Shown here in pieces: positions 50,163-59,749 of a stretch of DNA of 64,000 nucleotides. Source of the stretch: Bdellovibrionales bacterium (GTDB taxonomy: Bacteria; Bdellovibrionota; Bdellovibrionia; Bdellovibrionales; CAYMLA01); contig OZ244239.1 of NCBI GenBank assembly GCA_965217115.1, positions 2,080,001-2,144,000 of the forward strand. Reading direction: 5' to 3'. The notes beneath the pieces were generated by a model. That model searched no databases. It saw only the letters and a program-made list of their open reading frames with translations, and was not told the origin of the DNA. How positions within the stretch are numbered: position 1 is the stretch's first letter; the number at the start of each line of letters is the position of its first letter. A program made the position numbers and the translations under genes.

Positions 50163-51279
50163 CGCTGCTATCCTCTTTTGTGGCATTCATTTTTTTAAAT
50201 ATTTGATCAGTTATTCTTTCTAAACCATAGTTATCTCCATTTTTAGGTGCGATAATTTTTATATTATGATTTTTTGATGTCTCCATTAATTCGTTAAGAT
50301 ATGCTCCACTGTCCTCTGAATAAGAAAAAACATACACTTGCAACGTTGGATTTGATCTTGCTGCTCTTTTCGTGATCTCTTTAATATGTTGGTCCTTCAT
50401 TGAGAAACCAATGACAAATAGGACAGAATTTTCTTTCTCCAATTCATTAGAATATGAGCGTAACAGTTCATAGTAGTATTTGTTTAAAACTGTCTCAGAG
50501 AACTTAGTCTCTTCAGGGTTAACAACAAGGATCTTTTTTTGATATTCTTTTAGGAAAGTTCTTTTTTTCTTTATTAAAGAACGCTCAAAATGAGACAAGT
50601 CTGAAGATAAATATATTTTCCTATTCTCATTGTTGAGATCAGACTCGTTATATTTCCAATTAACAGAGCCGTGAATTTTAAAAATATTAAATATAGGGAT
50701 TTCAGAACGTTTATCAAAATGTTGACTTCTTTGTATAATTGATTGCTTAAAATTACTCAAATCAAAAACAGGGTTCATTTTACCTAGAAAGCCATCATTA
50801 TAATGAATTTCTAAATCTTCTAATACTTTTTCAAAAAAAATATCAATATTTGTCGTGAATATATTTACCTGTCGTCCTATTACAGTTGTTTTTCTATCTA
50901 GAATGAGCTTTGATAGAGTCGTAAGGAAATTCATATAGTTCCTGTACGTTATCCATAAGCTTATCTTGTTGGGCTCAGCTTCTTCTTGTAATTTATCGTG
51001 TCTATATTTAGAGCAGGGCTCTTTGAAATCATATGAAATTATATATTTATTTGGAAGCATCACTTTTTCAAAATACTCTTTGTATTTATCTGATTTTTCG
51101 ACTGCCTTTTTTGCGTTATTTATATCGTGCTCAATATTATTTAACGTCGGAAGGCATGGCTGAGATATGCCTGATCCCATTAAGAAATTAATATTTGCAC
51201 TAGCAAATATGTCTTTGAACCTTGGCAATAAATGCTCTAATTCATCTTGAGTATTATCCTCGTCACTCACTTGAACCAC
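50155..51279 (-). CDS. SIR2-family (SIR2_2) NADase-like protein (probable GTG start at 51270)
   Basis: NFLMGSGIS, IFTTNID, KIHGSVNW, LFVIGFSMKDQH. Confidence 0.88.
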   Translation of the reverse strand: MVQVSDEDNTQDELEHLLPRFKDIFASANINFLMGSGISQPCLPTLNNIEHDINNAKKAVEKSDKYKEYFEKVMLPNKYIISYDFKEPCSKYRHDKLQEEAEPNKISLWITYRNYMNFLTTLSKLILDRKTTVIGRQVNIFTTNIDIFFEKVLEDLEIHYNDGFLGKMNPVFDLSNFKQSIIQRSQHFDKRSEIPIFNIFKIHGSVNWKYNESDLNNENRKIYLSSDLSHFERSLIKKKRTFLKEYQKKILVVNPEETKFSETVLNKYYYELLRSYSNELEKENSVLFVIGFSMKDQHIKEITKRAARSNPTLQVYVFSYSEDSGAYLNELMETSKNHNIKIIAPKNGDNYGLERITDQIFKKMNATKEDSSDA

Positions 51280-51364
51280 CTTTCTGTTGTTTTCATAAAA
51301 TAAAAAGAGACCAAAATTTTAATGACACAATTCAAAAAATAAATTGCCATCAGATAAAAATCTG

Positions 51365-51769
51365 TTAAATAATTAGGATAACTAAGGCTAAAAAGATAAT
51401 TTCTATTAAATAAAAAATAGAGAGCGTTAAAGAAAGAATTGCACTAATCCATTTGTTGTTTTTTCTAGTTAATTCAGAGAGGGTGTTCATTTTAAAATTG
51501 GTGGTTTCTTGCTTGCGGACATCATCATAGATACATCTAAAAAACCTTTCTTGCCAAAGAAAATAACCATCTAGTATCCAGAACCCTAGTATCGGGATAA
51601 AAAAACAAGTTAAAATATAAGAAGAGTTATCTTGTTTTGATATGAGTAAAATAGCCCCAGTAAGAAGCCCCATACTCCATGATTTTATATAAAAAGAATT
51701 TTGAGCGAGCCTGTTTATGATGCCTTGTATGAACTCTAAATGTTTTATTACCATCTCATTATCAGTCAC
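51365..51769 (-). CDS. small multi-TM membrane protein coupled to the TIR gene
   Basis: KHLEFIQGIINRLAQNSF..KSW and FWILDGYFLWQER; about 3 TM helices; starts 1 nt after the TIR stop. Confidence 0.75.
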   Translation of the reverse strand: MTDNEMVIKHLEFIQGIINRLAQNSFYIKSWSMGLLTGAILLISKQDNSSYILTCFFIPILGFWILDGYFLWQERFFRCIYDDVRKQETTNFKMNTLSELTRKNNKWISAILSLTLSIFYLIEIIFLALVILII

Positions 51770-51770
51770 T

Positions 51771-52421
51771 TCAAACCTCTTTACAAAGATCGTACTCTTC
51801 TTTTTTATCTCTTATACTGATGGCCTTATTTATATAACAATCTGTATCATTAATAAAATCCTTCCATTCAATACTTTTAATGTATGAACCTTTCCTATAT
51901 TTACAATGTTTACACCTAGCTGTATGTTTCTTTTTTCGATTGAACATATTATTCTTTAAAATTCCGAATAAACGACTTGTTCTAAGAGTTCGAAGATTAC
52001 AGTGGGCGCAAGTATTTTCTCTGATAAAGTAAGCATATTCTTCATTTGAGTCAGGTAAAACAACAGCAAGTATAGCATTAGTTTGGCTTGTCACGTCGTT
52101 TCTGGTAACCTTTTTTAATGAATAAGCTATCTCCCAAGGAATCCATTGATCATCTTCAGGCTTAGAATCTTCTTTCATATTTGGGGATATCAAAACGATA
52201 GTTACGCTGCTATCATAAATCTTATCTTTTAAGCGAGATTCAATAGTTTCATCCTTAAAATGACTTAGATCCTCATTGCCTTCTCCTTTATAAATGTCAT
52301 TAGTAAAACAGTTCTCCTCAAGATAATCTACGTAATCACGGGCAGTGCCATGACGTCCTTCTGGTAATTTGTAAACATCGTTATCGCGATATTTATATGA
52401 AACAAATATTTTTCGCGCCAT
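51771..52421 (-). CDS. TIR-domain protein (MTH538/DUF1863, ThsB-like)
   Basis: KIFVSYKY, SSVTIVLIS, WIPWEIAYSL with the catalytic-position Glu; extra CxxC motifs. Confidence 0.87.
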   Translation of the reverse strand: MARKIFVSYKYRDNDVYKLPEGRHGTARDYVDYLEENCFTNDIYKGEGNEDLSHFKDETIESRLKDKIYDSSVTIVLISPNMKEDSKPEDDQWIPWEIAYSLKKVTRNDVTSQTNAILAVVLPDSNEEYAYFIRENTCAHCNLRTLRTSRLFGILKNNMFNRKKKHTARCKHCKYRKGSYIKSIEWKDFINDTDCYINKAISIRDKKEEYDLCKEV

Positions 52422-52755
52422 TTCATCGCTCCGTTTTTATTTTACTGTTTTGCCTGTGAATCTCAACCTTTGAGTGTTTGCTTGATATTACATGCCCAGC
52501 TGCATTCCCACCAGAATATTATTGAAATTCCATAGGAGTGTCTCTTTTCAGTGCAAGGTTTTATTGGAGAATCGTCATTGCAGGAACACAGTATGAATAT
52601 CGAAATTGAAACGGGTGCTAGGGAAACACCAAGACGCCTCATATTGATATTAAAAGCAACCCTGCACACAGAGGGGAATAGTTATTAAGGCATCTCTACT
52701 TTTATCCGATGAATCTAGGGTGAGAGTTGTTAGTTGATTTGGGAGAGAGAGTTAG

Positions 52756-53748
52756 ATGTTTTCTAGGAAAGTTTTAATGGGGTTGTTTTTAAGTCTTTTT
52801 TTTGGATTTGTTGTGTTTGCAGATCTTAAGGAGACTGAGGTCACTCAAAAAGATCCCCTACAAGGTGATGTGGGGGCTCAGTATCATTTAGGGCTTATGT
52901 ACTATGGCGGGCAAGGGATTCCAAGGAATCATAAAACAGCTAGAGGTTTGTTCAAAAAAGCGGCCCTTCAAGGTTATGCTCCAGCTCAGAATAGCTTAGG
53001 GATTATGTACAATAGAGGGCATGGCGTCCTAAAGAATTATAAAAAAGCGGCGGCTTTGTACAGAAAGGCAGCCCTCCAAGGCTTTGTTCAAGCTCAGTAT
53101 AATTTAGGGGTTATGTACTACAATGGGCAAGGCGTTCCAAAGAATTATAAAAAAGCGGCGGCTTTGTACAGAAAGGCAGCCCTCCAAGGCTTTGTTCGAG
53201 CTCAGTATAATTTAGGGGTCATGCACTATGCTGGGGAAGGTGTTCCAAAGAGTTATAAGAAAGCCATCGGTTTGTACAAAAAGTTAGACCTTCAAGGTTA
53301 TGCTCAAGCTCAGTACAATTTAGGGGTGATGCACTATAGTGGGGAAGGCGTTCCAAAGAATTATAAAAAAGCGATGGCTTTGTACAGAAAAGCAGCCCTC
53401 CAAGGTCATGCTCCAGCTCAGTATAATTTAGGGTCCATGCACTATGGTGGGCAAGGCGTTCCAAAGAATTATAAAACAGCCGCAGGTTGGTACAAAAAAT
53501 CAGCTCTCCAAGGCGATCCCAAATCTCAGTATAATCTAGGGGTGATGCATATTGAAGGGCAGGGCGTTTCAGAGAACTATATCACAGGCTATGCTTGGCT
53601 ATTTATAGCTGCATCAAGAAAGTATCCGGCGGCGAGTCATCTTTTAAATATTTTAGAAAAGGAAATGACAAAGTCACAGATAGTTAATGCTCAGAAGCTA
53701 CTCTCAAAATTAAAGTCAAAGTCCAGAAATTTGAATTCTCTAAAATAA
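52756..53748 (+). CDS. secreted Sel1-repeat (TPR-like) protein
   Basis: Signal peptide; about 7 AQYNLGVMY..G.GVPKNYKKA repeats with 108-bp DNA period. Confidence 0.93.
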   Translation: MFSRKVLMGLFLSLFFGFVVFADLKETEVTQKDPLQGDVGAQYHLGLMYYGGQGIPRNHKTARGLFKKAALQGYAPAQNSLGIMYNRGHGVLKNYKKAAALYRKAALQGFVQAQYNLGVMYYNGQGVPKNYKKAAALYRKAALQGFVRAQYNLGVMHYAGEGVPKSYKKAIGLYKKLDLQGYAQAQYNLGVMHYSGEGVPKNYKKAMALYRKAALQGHAPAQYNLGSMHYGGQGVPKNYKTAAGWYKKSALQGDPKSQYNLGVMHIEGQGVSENYITGYAWLFIAASRKYPAASHLLNILEKEMTKSQIVNAQKLLSKLKSKSRNLNSLK

Positions 53749-53878
53749 AATATTAATTGATCCTTCTTGAACATCTGGGGGTGGGTTGTTCCGACTGAGT
53801 GATATATCAAAAAAAAGAGGATTTCTCGGGGAAATATTGGATAAAAGAAGTTTATGACAAAAGCCCCCCCTTGGGCGA

Positions 53879-54283
53879 CTAAAGGTGAATATTAAGGGTT
53901 AGTGGCAAGTTATGCAAAATCTTTTTGAGTGTTTCTCCTGTAATGTTTGTGTACCCCTCGGCTTCATACCTAGAGATCATTCTTACTGGCACATCGACTT
54001 TTCTTGCGAAAGCCTCCTTTGTTAAGTTTTCTGCAATTCTATATTTGATAGGTAATAACAAGATTTCTTCAGGCGTATCTATTTTTATTGCTTTAAGCCC
54101 TTTAGAGCAAAGTTTTTCATACTCAGAGACATCATCTTCAAGTTTTTGCTTCAGAGCTTCTGTTTGGATAACAGAGGATTTTGCAAGAATATTTTTCGCT
54201 GATTTTCTCATTTCAATAAGAGACTCAGATAAAGAATCAATTTTTTTCTTAGCTGCATTTAGTTGTCGATCACTTGTAATCAT
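53879..54283 (-). CDS. XRE-type HTH protein (antitoxin-like)
   Basis: MITSDRQL N-terminus, coiled region, then YRIAENLTKEAFARKVDVPVRMISRYEAEGY HTH. Confidence 0.75.
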   Translation of the reverse strand: MITSDRQLNAAKKKIDSLSESLIEMRKSAKNILAKSSVIQTEALKQKLEDDVSEYEKLCSKGLKAIKIDTPEEILLLPIKYRIAENLTKEAFARKVDVPVRMISRYEAEGYTNITGETLKKILHNLPLTLNIHL

Positions 54284-54293
54284 AATGCACTCC

Positions 54294-54580
54294 TTAAAGG
54301 TTTATTTGAATAATGCCTTTGGCCTCGCCATTTTTGTTAGTTTGAAAAAAATCAGGAAAAGGTTTGTTTGTACTTTTCTCCTTCTGTTCTGCAATAAAAA
54401 AGTCTAAACTATATTCTTTTAGAATGTTCTCTCTACATATTTGAGACTCTTCGGCAGAGCTAAAGTTCCAGAAGCTTTCATCGAGTAAATGTAGATTTTC
54501 TTCTTTCACTCCATTGATCTCCCAACAACCATCAATATCATTTGGTACCCCCTTAGCTGTGGTGAAACTTCCATGTTTCC
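54294..54580 (-). pseudogene. N-terminally truncated DUF6932-like nucleotidyltransferase remnant
   Basis: GSFTTAKGVPNDIDGCW...FFQTNK..AKGIIQINL C-terminal half present; the expected N-terminal region is replaced by the end of the DUF262 gene. Confidence 0.6.
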
Positions 54581-54630
54581 ACGATTTTTTACCCACAGAC
54601 TCTGCGGAAGAGGCACTTTTTTTATTTCTA

Positions 54631-56301
54631 TCAGATGCTCCAAATTTCATTATAGGCTTTTTCCGACAAGTACTTAGTTCTCTCTAGAATCTTTTCTTTT
54701 GACCATTCGGGAGCCTCAAGAATATTTTTCTCGAAATGGGGATATTTGCTTACAAATATTTCTTTTTTATCAATAAAAGATTTATTCTTAAGTTCCTCGC
54801 TATTATCTTTAGCTGTAACAAAGACAAGATTTCCAATATTAGCTTTATCGTTCATAGGCAGATCATCAACACTCTGAGAAGCAATATGCTCAATTGTCAT
54901 TAAACTGTAGTCTAGAGGTGTTCCTCTTCGAGAAGCTTCGTCAAATTTCCTCAAAATATATTGAATTATTTTTTTATCTTTAGTAAATTTATCTGAATAT
55001 TTTAGATCAGCAAATGCAAGCTCAAACTCCTCATATGTTGGCTTATCCTGAGCTAACTTATTTTTAACATTATTTAAAACTGCGACCTTTTCTTGTTCAT
55101 CTGGAGCGTGCCTTAGCTCTCTTGCTTTTTTAGCATAGTAAGATGAAAGACCACCTGAAGAACGCTGTGAGGTAACTGCATTGTGCATGAAGTGAAACTT
55201 TTCAATATAGTTAATGTATTTTTTTGCGTTTTTTAAGTTTATTTTTGTTGCATAATATTCAGCTAATATTGCAAGAACTATTGGCAATGGTTGTCTAACC
55301 TTAAAAACAGACAATGCTTCTAAGGATCTTTTTAAATTTTCTTCTTCATTAGTCCACTCCATATACGTTGGTTCATATATAGCTCTGTAATATTTAGACT
55401 CAATTAGCATTGCTTCTAAATGTTCTGATACATTTTCTGAATTGACGTTGTTTTTAAATTCTTTAAAAAGTTTCTTTTGTGTTGTGTATGTTTCTTTAGA
55501 TAACCAGTAGTGGTAAATGAAAGTATTTATATCAATATCTATTTTTGAGGTTTGAATATTCCCGAGCATTTCCTTCCACTTGTCACGTACTCGATCCAAT
55601 GTTTCTGTTTCACTTCTTAAAAGTTTTGTAATATGGTTTTTCACTAAGTCTGATGGCTGTAGATCTTTTCCACGCGTATTCAATGTTTCAAATATAATAT
55701 ACGCGTCATCTTCATTATCAAGTTCAATAAATATTACTTTTAATCTAACAACCTGATCTCTTAAAGCCTTCAGATAATTAATTTTTTCTTTATCTGATTC
55801 AAAGTCATTAAGTTCACTACGAATTAAGCCTTTAAGAAGTTCAAAAGCATCTCTTAAAGCTTTTTCTTCATCTGTTATTGAGGTCATATTTTCATTATTA
55901 TTAAAGCTTTGAATGCATTTATGAAAGTATGGATAAGACATTTCTGTCTGCAGAATAAACTGATCTTTATTATCCAGATCTTTTTTCATGATAAGTCGCT
56001 GAATGCCCTTCGCTAATTCTTCATTGTCTAAAATCTTTAAATGATCTCGAATCGCAGAGAATATTAAAGTTAAAGATGTTAATCTTTGCTGGCCGTCTAC
56101 AATCCCAAATAAACTTTGTTGCTTTTTGAAAACGACCATTGAACCAATGAAATATTCATTATCTGCTCTGTTCGTAATATCTGCCCAAAACTCTACTACA
56201 TTATCTTTTTCCCAAGAGTATGGTCTTTGAAAGCGAGGTATTTGGTAAAAGCCACTTTCCAAAATTGATTTTATATCTTTATCTATGCTTGAAACTTTCA
56301 T
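54631..56301 (-). CDS. DUF262-DUF1524 (GmrSD-type) modification-dependent nuclease; start reassigned to ATG 56301
   Basis: YQIPRFQRPYSW, VDGQQRLT, FETLNTRG; C-terminal TIEHIASQ..NIGNL HNH-like region. Confidence 0.88.
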   Translation of the reverse strand: MKVSSIDKDIKSILESGFYQIPRFQRPYSWEKDNVVEFWADITNRADNEYFIGSMVVFKKQQSLFGIVDGQQRLTSLTLIFSAIRDHLKILDNEELAKGIQRLIMKKDLDNKDQFILQTEMSYPYFHKCIQSFNNNENMTSITDEEKALRDAFELLKGLIRSELNDFESDKEKINYLKALRDQVVRLKVIFIELDNEDDAYIIFETLNTRGKDLQPSDLVKNHITKLLRSETETLDRVRDKWKEMLGNIQTSKIDIDINTFIYHYWLSKETYTTQKKLFKEFKNNVNSENVSEHLEAMLIESKYYRAIYEPTYMEWTNEEENLKRSLEALSVFKVRQPLPIVLAILAEYYATKINLKNAKKYINYIEKFHFMHNAVTSQRSSGGLSSYYAKKARELRHAPDEQEKVAVLNNVKNKLAQDKPTYEEFELAFADLKYSDKFTKDKKIIQYILRKFDEASRRGTPLDYSLMTIEHIASQSVDDLPMNDKANIGNLVFVTAKDNSEELKNKSFIDKKEIFVSKYPHFEKNILEAPEWSKEKILERTKYLSEKAYNEIWSI

Positions 56302-56308
56302 TGTTGAA

Positions 56309-57484
56309 TTAGCCCCCATACTCTTTTGGAAGTTCTTTCGTAAAATTAACTTGAAACTCATCTTTATTATAGTTAGGAATAAGCTTCAAATTTTTTGAGT
56401 TTACTTTGTCATCAAAAAACTGTTTTCTAATTTCTTTACCAAGAAGTTCACCAATAGCAGAAGGGACAGCGTTTCCAATTTGCTTTTGAACATTAGAGTT
56501 CCCGCCTAATATTTCCACATCATCAGGAAAAGTTTGAATTCTGGCCATTTCTCTCATTGTGAGTCTTCTGTTATTCCAATGAAAAGGGCCGATAGCTGTT
56601 CCTGGTTGTGCTTGAATTGTCCAACTTGGTTTATCCGGGTGAAGTTTTAATAAGAAACTCCAATATCTTGAACGCCATTTAAAGAGTGGTTGTCCATTCC
56701 CCCTTTCGGTATGGAAAAGATAATTTTCTCCGGGAGGTATTGAAGGTAGCAATGCGCCCCATTTTCCTCCAACTTCTGATTCGTGATGAGTTTCCTCTTC
56801 TGGTACAAGATCACCAATTGCATCCCAAGCCGTTCTGAAAGTTTTGCCTCCAATTGCAAGCATTGGATTGTCATCATCTTTAGGAAAGAAACGAGCTTTT
56901 GGAAAATCAAATTCGTAACCATCTCTTGAACCAATAATGAAAACACGTTCTCTGATCTGAGACACACCAAAATGAGCTGTGTTTATTACTTTCCATTTAA
57001 AAGTGTAATTTACATCATTTCGTTCATTGATTTCTTTAATTGTATTTTCAAGGTAGCGAAGACCTTCATCTTTTCCCTTATAAGCAAGGCCAAAGACATT
57101 TTCTAATATAAAAGCATGAGGAAGAGTATCTTCTAAAACTCGCATATATTGATTAAGGGTATTTGATCTAGGGTCTTTCAATCTTTTAGCATCACCATCT
57201 CTCCAATACCCAGATTTTGAAAAAGGTTGGCATGGTGGTCCACCAATTAAAAGTCCAGCGTCGCCTCTTTTAAGCTTGGCTGCTTCTAAAATAGTTGCAC
57301 TATCTACATTTTCAATTCTATCTTCAATAATAGGCCAGTTACGATTATGTCTTAATGTTTTACAACACCACTTATCCATTTCAACTGCAACAGCAGTATT
57401 AAAACCTGCAGCTTCAACTCCGTAGTCGAGTCCTCCTGCACCTGTATAAAGACTAATTACTTTCTTGAGATTTTTTTTACTCAT
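56309..57484 (-). CDS. DNA (cytosine-5)-methyltransferase
   Basis: SLYTGAGG (I), GGPPCQPFS (IV), ENV (VI), QIRERVF (VIII), RIQTFP (IX), QIGNAVP (X). Confidence 0.96.
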   Translation of the reverse strand: MSKKNLKKVISLYTGAGGLDYGVEAAGFNTAVAVEMDKWCCKTLRHNRNWPIIEDRIENVDSATILEAAKLKRGDAGLLIGGPPCQPFSKSGYWRDGDAKRLKDPRSNTLNQYMRVLEDTLPHAFILENVFGLAYKGKDEGLRYLENTIKEINERNDVNYTFKWKVINTAHFGVSQIRERVFIIGSRDGYEFDFPKARFFPKDDDNPMLAIGGKTFRTAWDAIGDLVPEEETHHESEVGGKWGALLPSIPPGENYLFHTERGNGQPLFKWRSRYWSFLLKLHPDKPSWTIQAQPGTAIGPFHWNNRRLTMREMARIQTFPDDVEILGGNSNVQKQIGNAVPSAIGELLGKEIRKQFFDDKVNSKNLKLIPNYNKDEFQVNFTKELPKEYGG

Positions 57485-57563
57485 TAGTTGTACCTATTCC
57501 TTTAAAAATATTTTAACATTAAGTAAATTATTGAAAACTAGTAAAATTGTGCGACGGAAATAA

Positions 57564-57578
57564 TGTATTGTCAATACA
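57564..57578. promoter_or_regulatory. palindromic operator candidate between the divergent MTase and HTH genes
   Basis: Perfect inverted repeat TGTATTG-T-CAATACA, 10 nt upstream of ATG 57589. Confidence 0.55.
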
Positions 57579-57588
57579 CGAGAATAAA

Positions 57589-57822
57589 ATGCTGAAATTT
57601 AATTTAAAAAATGCAATGCAAGCTTATGAGGCAAAGACGGGCCTTCACCTAACCTATGAAGAACTAGGGCAAATGACTAGCATTTCATCAGATACTTTGA
57701 AGTCTATCGCTACTCGGCCAGGCTACAACGCGACGCTCAAAATGATTTCAGATATTGCTTCTGTACTCAATATTGACCCAATAAAATATTTTGAATGGAA
57801 AATGGATAATAATGGCGAATAA
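57589..57822 (+). CDS. XRE-family HTH regulator (controller protein-like)
   Basis: LTYEELGQMTSISSDTLKSIA..YNATLKMISDIASVLNID; overlaps the next gene. Confidence 0.78.
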   Translation: MLKFNLKNAMQAYEAKTGLHLTYEELGQMTSISSDTLKSIATRPGYNATLKMISDIASVLNIDPIKYFEWKMDNNGE

Positions 57823-58678
57823 CAATATAACACTAGCAAAATTAACTGGATTATCAGAACAAGACCTTGCAGAAGTTTTTGCTAAAAATCCTCGCGCCTA
57901 TATGGCTGTAAAGGGAGCTGTTGCTGAAAAGCACCTAGAGAAGCTTCTTCTAGAATATCAAGCAAACGGGAAGATTAAATGCTTTACGACGGCAAGTGGT
58001 GACTTCGATAAGGATTTCTATGTCATTCTTAACGATGGTAAAAAAATATCACTAGAATGCAAAAATATTCAAGTTCTAAGCACATCAAACAAAACTCTAG
58101 TATCACAATATATTAACTTTCTAATTGATAACAGTTACCTTGATGAGAGCTGGCTAAAAGGGACTATAAACAATTTAATTAAAAGTGGTGGTATTTTGCT
58201 TGAGCCAGACTCTAAAGACTCAATTGATTCTTTAGAGGATATATTTAAATTAATCCTAAGCCAAAAGACTAAAACGACAGACAAAGTATATAAATCATTC
58301 CCTCAAGACCTTCGTGAATCAGGTGTTCCTAGATATGAGTTTAGCTCTTTGCTAGTTAAAGAAAGTGACGCTCTTGTAAATGATATTGATACATTTATTA
58401 CTCAGTTTGATGATCATCCGTTATCTATTGATTTTCAAAGAACAAGAAATTCTACCGATGATGATGGTGATACCAAGAAACAAAGATTCTATTGTCTTGA
58501 TGAGATAGATGTTGTTGGGGCCTGCCTCTTTTCAAGAACAATGAAGTGGCAATTTGTCTTTGGACACTCTAGACATTTCGCAATTCATAAAAAATACGAA
58601 GATCGCTATGCTAATAAGCTTCTTATTGAACCTGGTAAATGGTCATCAGACTTAATCTCTTCTCTATCAATTAAATAG
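57812..58678 (+). CDS. putative type II restriction endonuclease (PD-(D/E)xK)
   Basis: GAVAE...DKDF...LECKN core; DFQRTR, DVVGACLF; adjacent to the C5-MTase and HTH genes. Confidence 0.65.
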   Translation: MANNNITLAKLTGLSEQDLAEVFAKNPRAYMAVKGAVAEKHLEKLLLEYQANGKIKCFTTASGDFDKDFYVILNDGKKISLECKNIQVLSTSNKTLVSQYINFLIDNSYLDESWLKGTINNLIKSGGILLEPDSKDSIDSLEDIFKLILSQKTKTTDKVYKSFPQDLRESGVPRYEFSSLLVKESDALVNDIDTFITQFDDHPLSIDFQRTRNSTDDDGDTKKQRFYCLDEIDVVGACLFSRTMKWQFVFGHSRHFAIHKKYEDRYANKLLIEPGKWSSDLISSLSIK

Positions 58679-59008
58679 GTTTCATAGATTCCCCTCCACT
58701 TAAGTACGAGAGGTGAATTTATGAAACAAAATAAAATTAATGCAATATTGAAAATCAGACCCAACCTGCTTATGACCTTAGAAGTCTTGAGGTATTTGCT
58801 ACTTATTTTCAATGCATTAGAGGTATATTTTTGGGACTTTAATCTAAAATTGAATTTTCTTATCATCCAAACCTTTGGAAGAAAAAAAATAGTAGAGGGC
58901 TTACCTATTAAGCATTTTTGTTTTAACTCACCTCAGCCTTTAGTTCAGTTCAGTTTAATTAAGTTTAACCGATATGCTTTACAAGGATAAAAATTCAAGG
59001 AGACATTC

Positions 59009-59560
59009 ATGAAAATTATAATACTCTTAACTTTAAGTCTCAGCTTAATTTCTTGTGCTGGAACGAAATTGGAAACCTCTGTTACAAAAAATACTAACGC
59101 AAAAAGAGGTCCTTCTAGCCCGGAGAATGCACCAGAGCTTGGTCGTACAAGTGTAATGCAAGGATCAAACATCTACAGTTATAGCCGACCTATAAATATG
59201 AACCCTATTATAGCTAATATCACTTCTAGCGATGGGGGGCCAGTTCTTACGAGGTGGAGAATGCCAGAAAAAATTGATAGGGTTTGGACAGCAAAATTAG
59301 ATTGGATGAAAATTAAAAAAAACGGACCTAGGTCCTTATTTAGAACTATCAAAATAACTGGAGCAGAAGAAATATCTCTAGTTTTAGATACTGGCATTAT
59401 ATATGCCAATATTAACCACAGGAGAGTAAAAATTGGACAAACGACAAGCCATCTTTTTGGTAGAGGAGAGACTCATTTTGATCAAGGGTACATACTAACT
59501 TGGCCTGTAGAGGTTAAGGACAAAGAGGATCAATTAGTTTTTAGAGAGCCACTTTTTTAG
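59009..59560 (+). CDS. hypothetical lipoprotein
   Basis: RBS AAGGAG; MKIIILL...LISC lipobox. Confidence 0.72.
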   Translation: MKIIILLTLSLSLISCAGTKLETSVTKNTNAKRGPSSPENAPELGRTSVMQGSNIYSYSRPINMNPIIANITSSDGGPVLTRWRMPEKIDRVWTAKLDWMKIKKNGPRSLFRTIKITGAEEISLVLDTGIIYANINHRRVKIGQTTSHLFGRGETHFDQGYILTWPVEVKDKEDQLVFREPLF

Positions 59561-59601
59561 GACGAGTCATTTACTTTAAGTTAGCAGTTTAACCTAAAAT
59601 G

Positions 59602-59659
59602 ACCAATGGGTCATAATCGCCGGGAAATAAGAGTGGGTCATAATCGCCGGGATATAACA
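59602..59659. mobile_element. orphan IS21-like terminus (copy 1)
   Basis: Two 27-bp-period repeats TGGGTCATAATCGCCGGGA ending in ...ATATAACA; no transposase in the window. Confidence 0.55.
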
Positions 59660-59749
59660 CTAGTCAAAAGGTTAGTTTGATTTAGTTTAAATAATCCGAT
59701 AAACTCTTAGGAAGGTAGATACAATATAAAAAAATGTGAGGGCTTTACT

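Noticed and set aside
50155..52421. Canonical Thoeris type I (ThsA-ThsB)
   Set aside because: The Sir2 has no recognisable SLOG domain and is translationally coupled to HerA.
52463..52669. 68-aa ORF upstream of the TIR gene as a fifth operon member
   Set aside because: No clear RBS or motif; unsupported.
53851..53861. TTTATGACAAA matching part of the MITE TIR
   Set aside because: An 11-bp AT-rich match with no other MITE sequence; probably chance.
58721..58990. 89-aa ORF with an RBS-like upstream sequence
   Set aside because: No recognisable motif, AT-rich, and it overlaps the likely promoter of the 59009 gene; cannot be supported.
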